Source: a virus. From it: 56,312 bases of DNA. Of the stretch, positions 15,283 through 25,213 are shown piece after piece (within the stretch, counting starts at the first letter, position 1; each line of letters begins with the position of its first letter). The stretch is taken from IMG/VR virus record IMGVR_UViG_3300031539_000037; one strand, given 5' to 3'. A program made the position numbers and the translations under genes. Below the pieces are notes generated by a model. That model searched no databases. It saw only the letters and a list, made by a program, of their open reading frames with translations, and had not been told where the DNA came from.

Positions 15283-16845
15283 TTAATATAATATTCCAAA
15301 TAGATAGACAGTATTCCCGGCTACCCCTGATTGATTTGCCACTCGTGCCTCTATAACAACTTCTGCAGCATAAGACACTAATTTTAATGGAGTCGTATTT
15401 GGTATTGGTTGTAAGATAACAGAATCATATTGAGCACCCAGATTGCTTAATGTGTTTGCTGGAATAAAGTCTGTTTCTGCACCATTTGCACCTATTGATA
15501 TGGTTGTAGTTGCTCCCGCATCACCTGCTGCCACGACTATCGCATGGGATAAAATACATCTTTTCCCAACTGGAACAGTATATATAACGGTATCTGCATC
15601 AGCATTAAAATCTACTGTCGTACTACTCAATAGACATAAAGCACCAGTGATTAAACCCGTGCCACCATAAGCAACGCCTAAAGGTGTGGTAAGTCCAGCG
15701 AGTGAAGTTATATCTGTATTAGCACCGCTTTTGGCTAAAGTTGCCTCGAAGGTAGCATCTAAATCAGTATCAGTATTCTGAGTATGCTTTTTAGTTACCG
15801 CATCAGTAACTTCAGCATCTGTATTTGTTGCCATTTCAATTATTCCAGAAGCATTATTAATTTTGACTATTTTCCCAGCAGTAAAATCTCCAGTTTTCGT
15901 AACCATGTTAAGATAAGGAATCACTTGAGTCCATGAATCATCTACGAAACAGATGTACATTTTTAATGTATCTGTGGCAATATAAACCTGATTAATGGTT
16001 GGGGTTGCTGTCTTTGCAGCATCTAACCCCACCATTATATTGGCGAGAAATAGTCGCTTATCGGTTACTCCTGTTGCCACTCCACCCGAAACAACTACCC
16101 TTGATAACTCAATACTATTTGCGGGAATTGAAGAAGTGCTTATTATTGCACTGATCACCCCTACTGAAGTTAAATATAATTTATAAGTACCATTTTCTAA
16201 TGCTGCAACACTATATTGCTGGGCAGCCCCATAATAAGTTTCAAGATTATCGATTAAAGCGAACCCTTTCTCAATATCTAATAATGAAGCATCGCCTCCA
16301 TTAATACTCACTCCAAAAGCACCAGTAGTTAGGTAAACAACTCCATTTCCATGAAGCCCGGTAATCCATTTTGCGATAGAAGTTGAAGGCTCCTGATTGG
16401 TGGCTATTATCTGAAAAGTAACTGCTCCTTCTATGGCACTGTTAGGCATGTGGACTCTTACCATTATTTTCCTATAACAGTCATAAGGTATATCACCTAT
16501 AGCAAGTGGAGCATTTAAACCTACCGGCTGAAATTCAGTCATAGCATCGTCGGTATATCCTACAATACTTCCCCCAGCCCCGCCTGCATGGATAGTAAGG
16601 GATTTTATCTCAACCCAATGTTGTGTAGTAATGTTTTTCACCTCATCACCATTATCATCTCTGGCACTTACCTTGACAGATGTCATTGGGGAGGAAGTTT
16701 GAATCTTTCCCTTATCATTCCAAACGTGATATTCTGTACCTGCTTCTAATAATAGATAAGTTCCTGCATCACCTGTGCCATAATTTATTGCAGTTACTTC
16801 TGCTGTATCTGTCGCATTCCATATTGAAGGATTTGGATCTGCCAT
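15283..16845 (-). CDS. Tail fibre protein
   Basis: 520 aa, rich in Gly/Thr/Ala. Carries the fibre motif GANTDITSLAGLTTPLGVAYGGTG. Confidence 0.65.
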   Translation of the reverse strand: MADPNPSIWNATDTAEVTAINYGTGDAGTYLLLEAGTEYHVWNDKGKIQTSSPMTSVKVSARDDNGDEVKNITTQHWVEIKSLTIHAGGAGGSIVGYTDDAMTEFQPVGLNAPLAIGDIPYDCYRKIMVRVHMPNSAIEGAVTFQIIATNQEPSTSIAKWITGLHGNGVVYLTTGAFGVSINGGDASLLDIEKGFALIDNLETYYGAAQQYSVAALENGTYKLYLTSVGVISAIISTSSIPANSIELSRVVVSGGVATGVTDKRLFLANIMVGLDAAKTATPTINQVYIATDTLKMYICFVDDSWTQVIPYLNMVTKTGDFTAGKIVKINNASGIIEMATNTDAEVTDAVTKKHTQNTDTDLDATFEATLAKSGANTDITSLAGLTTPLGVAYGGTGLITGALCLLSSTTVDFNADADTVIYTVPVGKRCILSHAIVVAAGDAGATTTISIGANGAETDFIPANTLSNLGAQYDSVILQPIPNTTPLKLVSYAAEVVIEARVANQSGVAGNTVYLFGILY

Positions 16846-16860
16846 ATTATCACCTCACTT

Positions 16861-17985
16861 TTAAAAAGGATAAACTCCGACACTACTAGGATAGAACCCT
16901 GCCTCAACTGCTTCCACTACCCATATTTTCTCGCCTGCTTCTGTATATTTACCGAGATAAATTATTCCACCATTTGAATTATTACCTAATATATAGAAAT
17001 AACCACCTTTACTAGCTACTCCAAATACCCTGCTAAACTCGACTGGAAAATCCGTTTCCCCTGCACCTAAAGCATAGGGAACAGTCCAAGGATCATTAGC
17101 ATAATCAGTCCCCATAACTTTTGTATTTCCACTTGCATAAGCAAGAGAGGTCAAAGAAGTTTTGGAGGCTGTTACCGCATGAGAAACTAATTCACTCCCA
17201 GTTGAATATCTCCACATTTCTATCGTATCGCTTGTACTATTTACAATATAAAAACGGTCATTATCATAAAAGGCCATGCCATAAAACGAATTTGTCCAAG
17301 GGTCTAATTGAAATGAACCTAATATCTGCAGGGTTGAAGGACTTCTTTTCATAATCATATTATTATCAGAATCTGTAAATTCATGCGTAAAAATAAAACC
17401 ATCACTTGATATGGCAATGTTTCTGATTTGATAAGAAGAACTAAGCACGATAACTTCATTACCCAAAGAATCATATTTTATTATTTTATGCGGACTATAA
17501 AAGGCAACATAATAGACATTACCCGAACTGTCCACACAAAGCCCATTGTAAAGAAGATTGTATTTCGCTGCCGTCCAACTGGTGACTTCCACCCCTGCAG
17601 TCGTAAATGATTTTATATACCCCACTTCATTGCCACCCGAACCTGTCCAGTAAGTGATGAATATTTCTCCTGTAGCCGTAACTGTTACTGTTACTGGCGG
17701 TAATATAATCGGCAATTCTTTACAGCCATTTTTATATAATATTCTCACGGTATCACCTACCTCTAAATTAGGATTTCTAGCAAGAGTAAAAACCTTTGGG
17801 TATGCTTTCGTTTCCCCAGCTATAAATACATCATAACTACCATCACCATTAACTATTACCACTTCACCAGTTACCACAGATCCCCGATGGATTATATTTC
17901 CTACGGTATCTCTTATGATTGAATTAATTGGTCTCAACATGATCAAACCCCCTATAATTAACAATACAATTAATAATTTTTTCAT
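16861..17985 (-). CDS. Tail-associated beta-propeller (NHL-like) protein with a hydrophobic N-terminus
   Basis: 374 aa. The N-terminal domain is paralogous to 17990-18301. The C-terminus has repeated blades (SSGNVYY, SSDGFIF, and so on). Confidence 0.5.
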   Translation of the reverse strand: MKKLLIVLLIIGGLIMLRPINSIIRDTVGNIIHRGSVVTGEVVIVNGDGSYDVFIAGETKAYPKVFTLARNPNLEVGDTVRILYKNGCKELPIILPPVTVTVTATGEIFITYWTGSGGNEVGYIKSFTTAGVEVTSWTAAKYNLLYNGLCVDSSGNVYYVAFYSPHKIIKYDSLGNEVIVLSSSYQIRNIAISSDGFIFTHEFTDSDNNMIMKRSPSTLQILGSFQLDPWTNSFYGMAFYDNDRFYIVNSTSDTIEMWRYSTGSELVSHAVTASKTSLTSLAYASGNTKVMGTDYANDPWTVPYALGAGETDFPVEFSRVFGVASKGGYFYILGNNSNGGIIYLGKYTEAGEKIWVVEAVEAGFYPSSVGVYPF

Positions 17986-17989
17986 TTAT

Positions 17990-18301
17990 TTATACCCCTA
18001 ACGAATTAACCGAAGCGGCTACTTCTATATATTGAATATCATTTAATACACCACATATAATCGGTTTCTCTTTTATTCCATATTCAAAAAGTATTCCCAC
18101 GGTTTCATCAACTACATAATCAGGTTCTTTATATATGGTCAAAATATTTGGATAACTTTTACCACTTCCAGCAATTTCAACATCATATTTACCATTTCCA
18201 TTATCAGTAGTAACTTTTCCGGTCATATAAGTACCTCGATGTTTGATATTGCCTACCGCATTTCTTGAAGTGGCTATGTTAAATCTAAGCATAAAAAACA
18301 C
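17990..18301 (-). CDS. Small tail-module protein, paralogue of the N-terminal domain of 16861-17985
   Basis: 103 aa. VGNIKHRGTYMTGKV..NGNGKYDVEIAGSGKSYP aligns with VGNIIHRGSVVTGEV..NGDGSYDVFIAGETKAYP. Confidence 0.5.
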   Translation of the reverse strand: MFFMLRFNIATSRNAVGNIKHRGTYMTGKVTTDNGNGKYDVEIAGSGKSYPNILTIYKEPDYVVDETVGILFEYGIKEKPIICGVLNDIQYIEVAASVNSLGV

Positions 18302-19964
18302 ATCCTATCCGAGTTCTCGGTTTTATTGCACCGGTATCCGGGTCGATATCAAAATAAAGCACTATTTCCTCTAAATACCAGCGTTCATTGTAACTAATAT
18401 TTTGATCGGTTAATTTAACGACTTCACCTGCTACTGTTTTAGGATTGAAATTGACTAAGAAGTCAGGTTGTCTTGTATATCTATGGCTATCTAAAATTCT
18501 CCTTTGCCCGATGTCGATGCATTGTGCTTCAGTTTCGGCAAGCGGATATTCTTCAGTCCCTTCTTCATTCGGTTTTCTTTCTCCATATTTAACTATTGAG
18601 GCAGGGTCATTTACTATTGCCTTAATTTGAGTACGGGTTATAGTTGATACCGTAGTTTCATTAGGGATATTTTCTGTAACCCAGATTGAACCTCCTGCCA
18701 CCAATTCTTTAGTTTTAATTACTATTGAGATAGAAAAAGCCTTTTCGGTAAAAACCCATTCAAGTGTACTTTGAATTTCCCGATGTATATTACAAGAAGA
18801 TGCACTTTCCCAATATTTACCTGCTCCGCCTGTAACCGTAAATTCTATATCTTGAACAGTTAAATCAGAATTTAATTTAGTAACGGTAAATTTATAATCC
18901 TGGTATTTTGGGAATATATATCCCGGTGGTTTGGTATAACCTATATACTTTGTAGTCACCTTAAAATTAGCATCCTCATAAGACCAAGCAGTCACACTTT
19001 CACCTAAAGCAAAACTTTTATTGATAGTATGGGTTTCTATATCATATTCTTCAGTTGGTACTTCTACTTGCTGTTCTTCTTCCCCATGTTCAACTGTAAT
19101 TACTTCTTCTTCAAAGATTGCCCCCAAAATGGTGATTTGATTAATAATCCCTTCCCTGGTGGTATTCAATCCCAATGATATAAATTTATCTTCCCCATAT
19201 TCCCAGTCAGGAGTGGGGTATAAAGCCACATCAGTCTTGATAACCTTTTCATAAACCAGCATCTTTCCATTCTCGTCAAACCTTATTACCCAGCCCTCAA
19301 TCATCATTTCCTTTTGGATCATATCCCAGATAAACTGATCCTGAAAAGAATGGTCTATTTCCGTTGTACTTCCGGTAGGCACGTTCATATTAGTTATACC
19401 CGCTTGATTTGCCAAGTATCTTATAATCGCCCCTCTGGTCTTTGCTGTGGCTGCTTCTTGAACAGATATCAAGGTCATTCGTTTCAATAATTTCTTTCCA
19501 TAGTCTGAGCCATAAATAGTAAGTTGATAACCGCCATCATAAGTTGTCCCAGTACCATCGATTAATCCGGTAAATAATTTGACTTCCTGCCCATTAACAT
19601 AAGCAGTAATAACTACCTCTTTATCTTCATCTATATGACTATTAATTAACGGTGAATATTGAAAATCGCCTAGAGTAAACGAAAACAAGCTAATCAAGTT
19701 TTCATTGTGCTGTATCATGGGTTCTCCTATTAATGCAGCCGATACATCCTCGCCATCAACGGTAATTTTCAGCCTTATGCTTTGTGCGGTAGCCAGACAA
19801 GCCCCTACTAATATCCTTTGAACAGTTAAGGAGCAGTCAATTATCCTACCGAAAAAATTCTCATCATTTCCATTGACATGCAGATCGCAATCTATTGCCT
19901 TATAGGTAGGAAAATCTTCAGGTTGTTCATTTACCGCCAAAAAGCAATCAATGACTGTTATCAT
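18285..19964 (-). CDS. Tail tip / baseplate hub (Tal-like) protein
   Basis: 559 aa. Called from its size and its position after the Dit-like gene and the tape measure. Confidence 0.5.
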   Translation of the reverse strand: MITVIDCFLAVNEQPEDFPTYKAIDCDLHVNGNDENFFGRIIDCSLTVQRILVGACLATAQSIRLKITVDGEDVSAALIGEPMIQHNENLISLFSFTLGDFQYSPLINSHIDEDKEVVITAYVNGQEVKLFTGLIDGTGTTYDGGYQLTIYGSDYGKKLLKRMTLISVQEAATAKTRGAIIRYLANQAGITNMNVPTGSTTEIDHSFQDQFIWDMIQKEMMIEGWVIRFDENGKMLVYEKVIKTDVALYPTPDWEYGEDKFISLGLNTTREGIINQITILGAIFEEEVITVEHGEEEQQVEVPTEEYDIETHTINKSFALGESVTAWSYEDANFKVTTKYIGYTKPPGYIFPKYQDYKFTVTKLNSDLTVQDIEFTVTGGAGKYWESASSCNIHREIQSTLEWVFTEKAFSISIVIKTKELVAGGSIWVTENIPNETTVSTITRTQIKAIVNDPASIVKYGERKPNEEGTEEYPLAETEAQCIDIGQRRILDSHRYTRQPDFLVNFNPKTVAGEVVKLTDQNISYNERWYLEEIVLYFDIDPDTGAIKPRTRIGCVFYA

Positions 19965-20554
19965 GGTTTTACTTCCTCACAAATTAAGGTATAGTGGGCT
20001 ACATTCATAATCCTGTAAGTATGAATATAATCCACTATATTAATTATAAATTTAGGCTCGTATTGGATTATAATATTATCATCTACATCTGGAGGTACAT
20101 CTCCAAATATAAACCTTGCCCTACCGCTAACGTTAGCTTTTACATATACATTCCCAGCTGCAGGGTTGGTTAAATCTGTTACCGTTACAGTTTTAGCCAC
20201 CCCTCCCAAAGTAACCACAGGGACCGGAGTAGCCCCTGACATCTGCCTTTGGGTATAAAAAGTAGTAGTTGTTCCATCGCCGGACAGAACTTCTACTATC
20301 TGTAAATAATCGATATAATATAAATTGCTTATATGGGCTGCCTCTGCTTTAATGGCCAGCATCTTGCTATTTACTACATCAGATATCTCAAATCTATATA
20401 TTGAGATAGGCTGATTTTCGGTATTGGCATTTCGATTAATGATCAGAATACCGTAGGGAGTACGTTCATAGACTTTTAGAAAACTTTCTTTAGGACTATA
20501 CCCCATCGGGGTATCGAGTGTTGTATCCCCTATTGAGATTGTTCCTTCTGCCAT
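19961..20554 (-). CDS. Distal tail protein (Dit-like)
   Basis: 197 aa, immediately downstream of the tape measure, with overlapping stop and start codons. Confidence 0.45.
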   Translation of the reverse strand: MAEGTISIGDTTLDTPMGYSPKESFLKVYERTPYGILIINRNANTENQPISIYRFEISDVVNSKMLAIKAEAAHISNLYYIDYLQIVEVLSGDGTTTTFYTQRQMSGATPVPVVTLGGVAKTVTVTDLTNPAAGNVYVKANVSGRARFIFGDVPPDVDDNIIIQYEPKFIINIVDYIHTYRIMNVAHYTLICEEVKP

Positions 20555-20564
20555 AATCTACCTC

Positions 20565-22307
20565 CTAATAAGACATTTCAAAGCCTTTACGACCATACTG
20601 TCTGATAAATTCTTCAAAAGCTATTCCTACTTGCTGTTTAATTTTAGATATATCACTATCATTCCGGACTACAGGATTATTGATATTGATGGTTAAAGAT
20701 TTTGCACCAGCTTGATAGGCCTTGTTCTGTTCCGGGTTCAATACTCCTTCACCTTGATGTAATAAGGCCAAGCCAGTCCGAGGTACATAACCGATTCCTG
20801 TTTGATGTGAAGGAATACTTGTTCCACCTATACCAAAACCCTCAGGGGTTGTTGGTCCAACAATTGCCCCTTCAATAACTACTTTTCCTATTCCTGCAAC
20901 TGCCTTTTTAATAAAATCTATAACTTTTTTTAATCGTTCAAAACTATCGCTTATAAATTTCACAAGTTTATCAAAAACACTTTTTACGAAATCAATAACT
21001 GATTTCGTTATATCTCTTATACCTAAGAAATTAGTTGCCCAAGCAGTTGCTAAACCTGCAACAGCAATAACAACCAATCCAATCGGACTTAATAATGTGG
21101 TAATAGCTGTAGCTAAAAAACCTAAACCCATTAAAATGGGACCACCTACAGCAAGAACTAAACCTATTTTCCCCACAGTTTCAACTAATGCTGGATTGGC
21201 TTTTGCCCATTCTGCTATCTTTACAACTATATCTGATATTTTATTGACCATTTCTGTAATCATAGGTGCAAAATTTTCACCGACTGTAATAGAAAGGTTA
21301 GAAAGAGAGCTTTTTAATCCATCCATAGCAGCTTGTCCAGTTTCACTCCATTCAAGAAAGGCTTTTTTAGCACCGCCAATGCCTTCACCAACTGAAACAA
21401 TAGTATCATTTAAGGTCTTAAAGCCTTCAGCACCTAAAGCAGAAAAGCCTAACATTGCTTCTTTTCTACCGAATAAATCAGCCAAAGCCTGTGCACTCCC
21501 ACCAGTATACTCTTCAAGTTTCTTTAAGACCTCAACGAATCCCATTTCTTTAATAGCAAGGTCTGCTGATTCATAACCCATTTGAGCAAGGGCTTCCGTC
21601 ATGGACTCAGTAGGTTTCATCATTCCAATTAAAACCGATTGAAATTGATTTGTAGCTTCTGATGTATTTCCTGCAGTTTTAGTAATAACTGCTAAAGATG
21701 CAGCCATTTTCTCTTGTTCGATATTCAAGTCAGAGGACATCTTTGCCAAGCCACCAATGACTGGGATTAATTCACCGACTGTAGTCTGGCCTTCTTTTTC
21801 TATGCTAAATAATAAATCTGCGGCTTCACTTGCACTTTTAATTGCCCCCTCATAACCAGCCATCATTTTGGTTATACCTTTAACAACTTCTGATTGCTCG
21901 ACATGGGCAGCCTTTGCGGTTTCTGCTGCAGTCGTTAAAAGGTTTAATGCTTCAATAGGATCTTTTGCACCTGCTGAGATCACCTGATAATAACCTTCCA
22001 TGAGTTGAGTACTATTACCTAATATCGGGTCAATACCTCTTATATTATCTTCAATTTCTTTAAAGGATTGGTCGGTGACTTTGGCCATGTCCACAAGTTT
22101 TTCTTCATAGTCAGCATAGGCCTTATAAGTTCCAATTACAGCAGTAGAAATGCCTATTCCGATAAGAGACATATTCCTACCGATAGTAGCAACTTGCTTA
22201 CCAAAACTACCGATTTTAGTAGCTGTTTGATTAAGTGCATTTTGAAGATTAGTGGCATCACCTATTATCTTTACTACTAATTCGCTTGTTATATTTTGGC
22301 CTAACAT
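20565..22307 (-). CDS. Tail tape measure protein
   Basis: 580 aa, Ala/Gly-rich and helical, with TM-like segments near residues 380-420. It follows the G/GT chaperone pair. Confidence 0.8.
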   Translation of the reverse strand: MLGQNITSELVVKIIGDATNLQNALNQTATKIGSFGKQVATIGRNMSLIGIGISTAVIGTYKAYADYEEKLVDMAKVTDQSFKEIEDNIRGIDPILGNSTQLMEGYYQVISAGAKDPIEALNLLTTAAETAKAAHVEQSEVVKGITKMMAGYEGAIKSASEAADLLFSIEKEGQTTVGELIPVIGGLAKMSSDLNIEQEKMAASLAVITKTAGNTSEATNQFQSVLIGMMKPTESMTEALAQMGYESADLAIKEMGFVEVLKKLEEYTGGSAQALADLFGRKEAMLGFSALGAEGFKTLNDTIVSVGEGIGGAKKAFLEWSETGQAAMDGLKSSLSNLSITVGENFAPMITEMVNKISDIVVKIAEWAKANPALVETVGKIGLVLAVGGPILMGLGFLATAITTLLSPIGLVVIAVAGLATAWATNFLGIRDITKSVIDFVKSVFDKLVKFISDSFERLKKVIDFIKKAVAGIGKVVIEGAIVGPTTPEGFGIGGTSIPSHQTGIGYVPRTGLALLHQGEGVLNPEQNKAYQAGAKSLTININNPVVRNDSDISKIKQQVGIAFEEFIRQYGRKGFEMSY

Positions 22308-22328
22308 TTAATCACCCCTTACCATGAT

Positions 22329-22356
22329 TTGACATTTGTATCTTTTTTGTTATAAT
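22329..22356 (+). promoter_or_regulatory. Consensus sigma70 promoter (TTGACA-16 nt-TATAAT) for the plus-strand moron
   Basis: TTGACA at 22329-22334 and TATAAT at 22351-22356. Confidence 0.75.
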
Positions 22357-22379
22357 ATAATTTTATGGAGGGTAAAATT

Positions 22380-22862
22380 ATGAAAATTTCTAGATTGTTC
22401 ATATTTCTTCTTTTTTTCCTTTTAATCTGTTCAATTTCTATCTATCCCGGTGAAAAAACTTATCAACTTAATAAAATAGGTAAGGTTATCGTTACTGATA
22501 CTTTTAAATTCTCTCTTAACTCAGCCCGTTGGGATAATGGTGGTGAGTTTTTTACACCTGATGTTAATAAACAATGGCTTACTCTTGACTGTACGATTCA
22601 GAATATAAGTAAAGATACTGTAGCTTTTTCCAGCATGCTTATGCTTGCTTTATTTGATAGTAAAGGTTATTCTCAAAGCATGACACTTTTTGCCGATACC
22701 AAAGGCTCTATAGATGGTTACATTGCCTCATCCCAAATCATGCGTGGTGAAATTGCCTATGAAGTTGATGACTCTTGTTTATATTGGGAATTTGTATTCA
22801 AGCCAAGCCTATTAGATACTAAACAATATTTTTATTCTATTAAAAAAGAACAGGTTAAATAG
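22380..22862 (+). CDS. Secreted DUF4352-like Ig-fold protein (moron), the only plus-strand gene
   Basis: 160 aa from the ATG at 22380 (GGAGGG 7 nt upstream). It has a signal peptide. The body (TLDCTIQNISKDTV...GEIAYEVDD) resembles DUF4352. Confidence 0.65.
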   Translation: MKISRLFIFLLFFLLICSISIYPGEKTYQLNKIGKVIVTDTFKFSLNSARWDNGGEFFTPDVNKQWLTLDCTIQNISKDTVAFSSMLMLALFDSKGYSQSMTLFADTKGSIDGYIASSQIMRGEIAYEVDDSCLYWEFVFKPSLLDTKQYFYSIKKEQVK

Positions 22863-23297
22863 CATCTATATTAATTCCTAAATATTTAAGGATTGCCATT
22901 TCTAATACTACTTTTCGTTTATAATGCTTTGATGCACTTTCTTTTAATTTGCCAAGCTTGGGTAATGGAATTTTTATGATTTTTTCTCTTTCCCAACCAT
23001 AAGCAAAGGCAAAAAGTTCTACGATATCTTCTTCGTTTGTGTAAAATTTACGCCAATAATCCTATTGAGTTCTTTGGTTTTTTCTTCTACTTCTACCATT
23101 GGAAAAGATTTCATAAACTCTTCAAGATTCATCTTTATATCATCATTGAATAATTTAATAGCATATAAATAAATAGTAAATGTTTGTTGTAATGTTGTTA
23201 GTTTTTTACCTTGATAACTTTCATAAATTATATCTAAATCATAAGAACTTAATGCATCAATTTTATATTCCTTTTTACCTATCTTTATCGTGGTCAT
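22855..23297 (-). CDS. Tail assembly chaperone GT-type product made by a -1 frameshift
   Basis: Slippery heptamer A_AAT_TTT at 23049-23043. The -1 frame stays open for 65 codons to a TAA at 22855-22857 and encodes a plausible peptide (EEDIVELFAFAYGWEREK...). Confidence 0.6.
23019..23297 (-). CDS. Tail assembly chaperone (G-type product)
   Basis: 92 aa, located between the tail tube and tape measure genes. Confidence 0.7.
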   Translation of the reverse strand: MTTIKIGKKEYKIDALSSYDLDIIYESYQGKKLTTLQQTFTIYLYAIKLFNDDIKMNLEEFMKSFPMVEVEEKTKELNRIIGVNFTQTKKIS

Positions 23298-23327
23298 AAT
23301 TACTCCTTTCTTTTTAGATAATTTCTT

Positions 23328-25019
23328 TTAATATGCAATTTCTGCATTGATCAGTGTAAACAATGCTGCATATTCTAAATCTGTATCATATTTAGCCTTT
23401 CCAGTTACCGCACAAGTTAATCTTCCCGGTCCACCGATGTTGATAGGATAAGCAGTATATTTTACTCTTGGTAAATCAATCTGTAAGGTATAAGAATGTC
23501 CGGTTTCAACTTCTACTCCTACAAATTTTACCTGGAAAGCCCGTTCTGTTCCCAAAATGAATAAATCAAATTCGGTCTGATCAACAAATTCCGTTACAAA
23601 GTTAATTGGCATACTCCGATATCCGTCTCTAATAATCTTTCTCGGTATAACCGTCTGGTTGCAGGTATAATGACCCCTGCAGGCGTTATCGATTTTTATT
23701 CCAAAACTTTCTATATCATAATCGACAGTTCCCGAAGCCCCTACATTATCTATAGTGATGGTTGCCTGATTCCAGGTGAATGGATTAGTAGTTTCCAAAC
23801 CTACATTGGTTTTCACTACACTTCCTAAATCTTTGGCAATTATTCCACAAGTAGCCCTTAATATCTTTTCGGCCGTACCGAAACTGAAAGCCAAAGTATT
23901 TACTGCTCCACCCAAGAATTGGAAGGCATCCCCTTGATCCCGGTAGACTTCCAAGGTATAAGGGTTAATCGGGCAGTCTGCATGAAAATCAGTTTGTCGG
24001 GGTGTAAATGTCCACTTTTTGGCTGTGCCGGCAGTATAAGCTCCTACCCTTCTTAAATCGTCTAAATGTATAATACATTCCGCTTTGTCTACTACCATTT
24101 TTGCTCCTACGGAAATAACTGCATTGAAAGCATTCATGGCATTTAAGATTGCAGCACCTGCTGCCTCATCTCCGGGTAGAGTGGCAGTAGCCATAGTAAG
24201 AGTTTGAGCCGCTACTCCGGTAAGAAGATAATCTCCATCACTACTATCAGTCCCTGTAACGTGGATCGTATCTCCTACTATAAATCCAGCGGCAACGAAA
24301 TCACCGGCAACAGTAGTTATGGTATCATCACCACCACCTCCGTCTACGAATGCAATGTCCGTTCTGCTCATATATCCCAGGGGAATAGTACATTCTGTCC
24401 AAACCCCGGCAACTAAAGCAGGTATATTAGCAAATTTAGGAGTGCCTGTACATCCGGCAATCTCACCTAGCATAAACTGTAAATCTCCAAGAGCACAATC
24501 CTTGTCACATTTGACCCATACTATTAAAGCAGTATCAAGATGCATATCAGTTGATGCTATCAGTTCGGTAGCTAAAGTCTCACCAGCTGCAACCCCAGCA
24601 GTAACGGTTAATTTAACTGCACTACTGCCTTTCTTTTTATCGGCTGAATCTATCCCTGAAATGACCCCGGCATTAACACCTTCTACCTGATCCCAGGCAT
24701 CCTCGCAATCTTCTAAAGTTAATACGGTAGCATCGGCTGCTACTGGTCCGACAGGTACATTAATATTACTTCGTAAGATATGACCGATACTCGCAGGATG
24801 TACTTCCAAGACAACATCACCAGTAAAAGCCCGTTCACCCTGATAAGATACTGGCTCATCAGCTACTGCCCTTTGTGCGGCAGATAACACTTCTTCAATA
24901 TTCGGTGTTAAGGATTCAGAAATAAACGGTAAAAAAACGTCATTATCCCCAACTCCATCTCTCGTTCCCCAAGTAACCTCTTTCTTAATTCCTATGTGTC
25001 CCCTTGCTCCAATTGGCAT
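23328..25019 (-). CDS. Major tail (tube) protein with a large inserted display domain
   Basis: 563 aa. The N- and C-terminal parts look like a tail tube protein. The middle carries the module DIAFVDGGGGDDTITT...VTGTDSSDGDY, which is shared with 28294-30699 and 26892-27683. Confidence 0.55.
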   Translation of the reverse strand: MPIGARGHIGIKKEVTWGTRDGVGDNDVFLPFISESLTPNIEEVLSAAQRAVADEPVSYQGERAFTGDVVLEVHPASIGHILRSNINVPVGPVAADATVLTLEDCEDAWDQVEGVNAGVISGIDSADKKKGSSAVKLTVTAGVAAGETLATELIASTDMHLDTALIVWVKCDKDCALGDLQFMLGEIAGCTGTPKFANIPALVAGVWTECTIPLGYMSRTDIAFVDGGGGDDTITTVAGDFVAAGFIVGDTIHVTGTDSSDGDYLLTGVAAQTLTMATATLPGDEAAGAAILNAMNAFNAVISVGAKMVVDKAECIIHLDDLRRVGAYTAGTAKKWTFTPRQTDFHADCPINPYTLEVYRDQGDAFQFLGGAVNTLAFSFGTAEKILRATCGIIAKDLGSVVKTNVGLETTNPFTWNQATITIDNVGASGTVDYDIESFGIKIDNACRGHYTCNQTVIPRKIIRDGYRSMPINFVTEFVDQTEFDLFILGTERAFQVKFVGVEVETGHSYTLQIDLPRVKYTAYPINIGGPGRLTCAVTGKAKYDTDLEYAALFTLINAEIAY

Positions 25020-25021
25020 AA

Positions 25022-25213
25022 TTAATCATCTCCTTTCTTTTTAGATTTTTTTCTTTTCTTAATTTTAATTTTTTCTTCTTTAATCTCATCAAAATATCCA
25101 GTTTCTATCATCATCTTTCCCATTTCTTCACTAACCTCTACTATTTTTTTGGGTTGATGGACTCCGAAACCTACAACCCAAAGTTCGGTATCTCGATTAA
25201 ATTTTAATCTCAT
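25022..25213 (-). CDS. Hypothetical protein with a Lys-rich tail
   Basis: 63-aa ORF whose start and stop overlap its neighbours. Confidence 0.45.
   Translation of the reverse strand: MRLKFNRDTELWVVGFGVHQPKKIVEVSEEMGKMMIETGYFDEIKEEKIKIKKRKKSKKKGDD

Noticed and set aside
21097-21576. Long plus-strand ORFs lying antisense to minus-strand genes (for example 1045-1395, 3189-3611, 21097-21576, 24319-24690, 36501-36848, 37060-37512, 52616-52954)
   Set aside because: They fall entirely inside well-supported minus-strand genes and lack SD sites. Their low-complexity Ser/Leu/Phe-rich translations are typical of shadow frames of AT-rich or Ala/Gly-rich genes.
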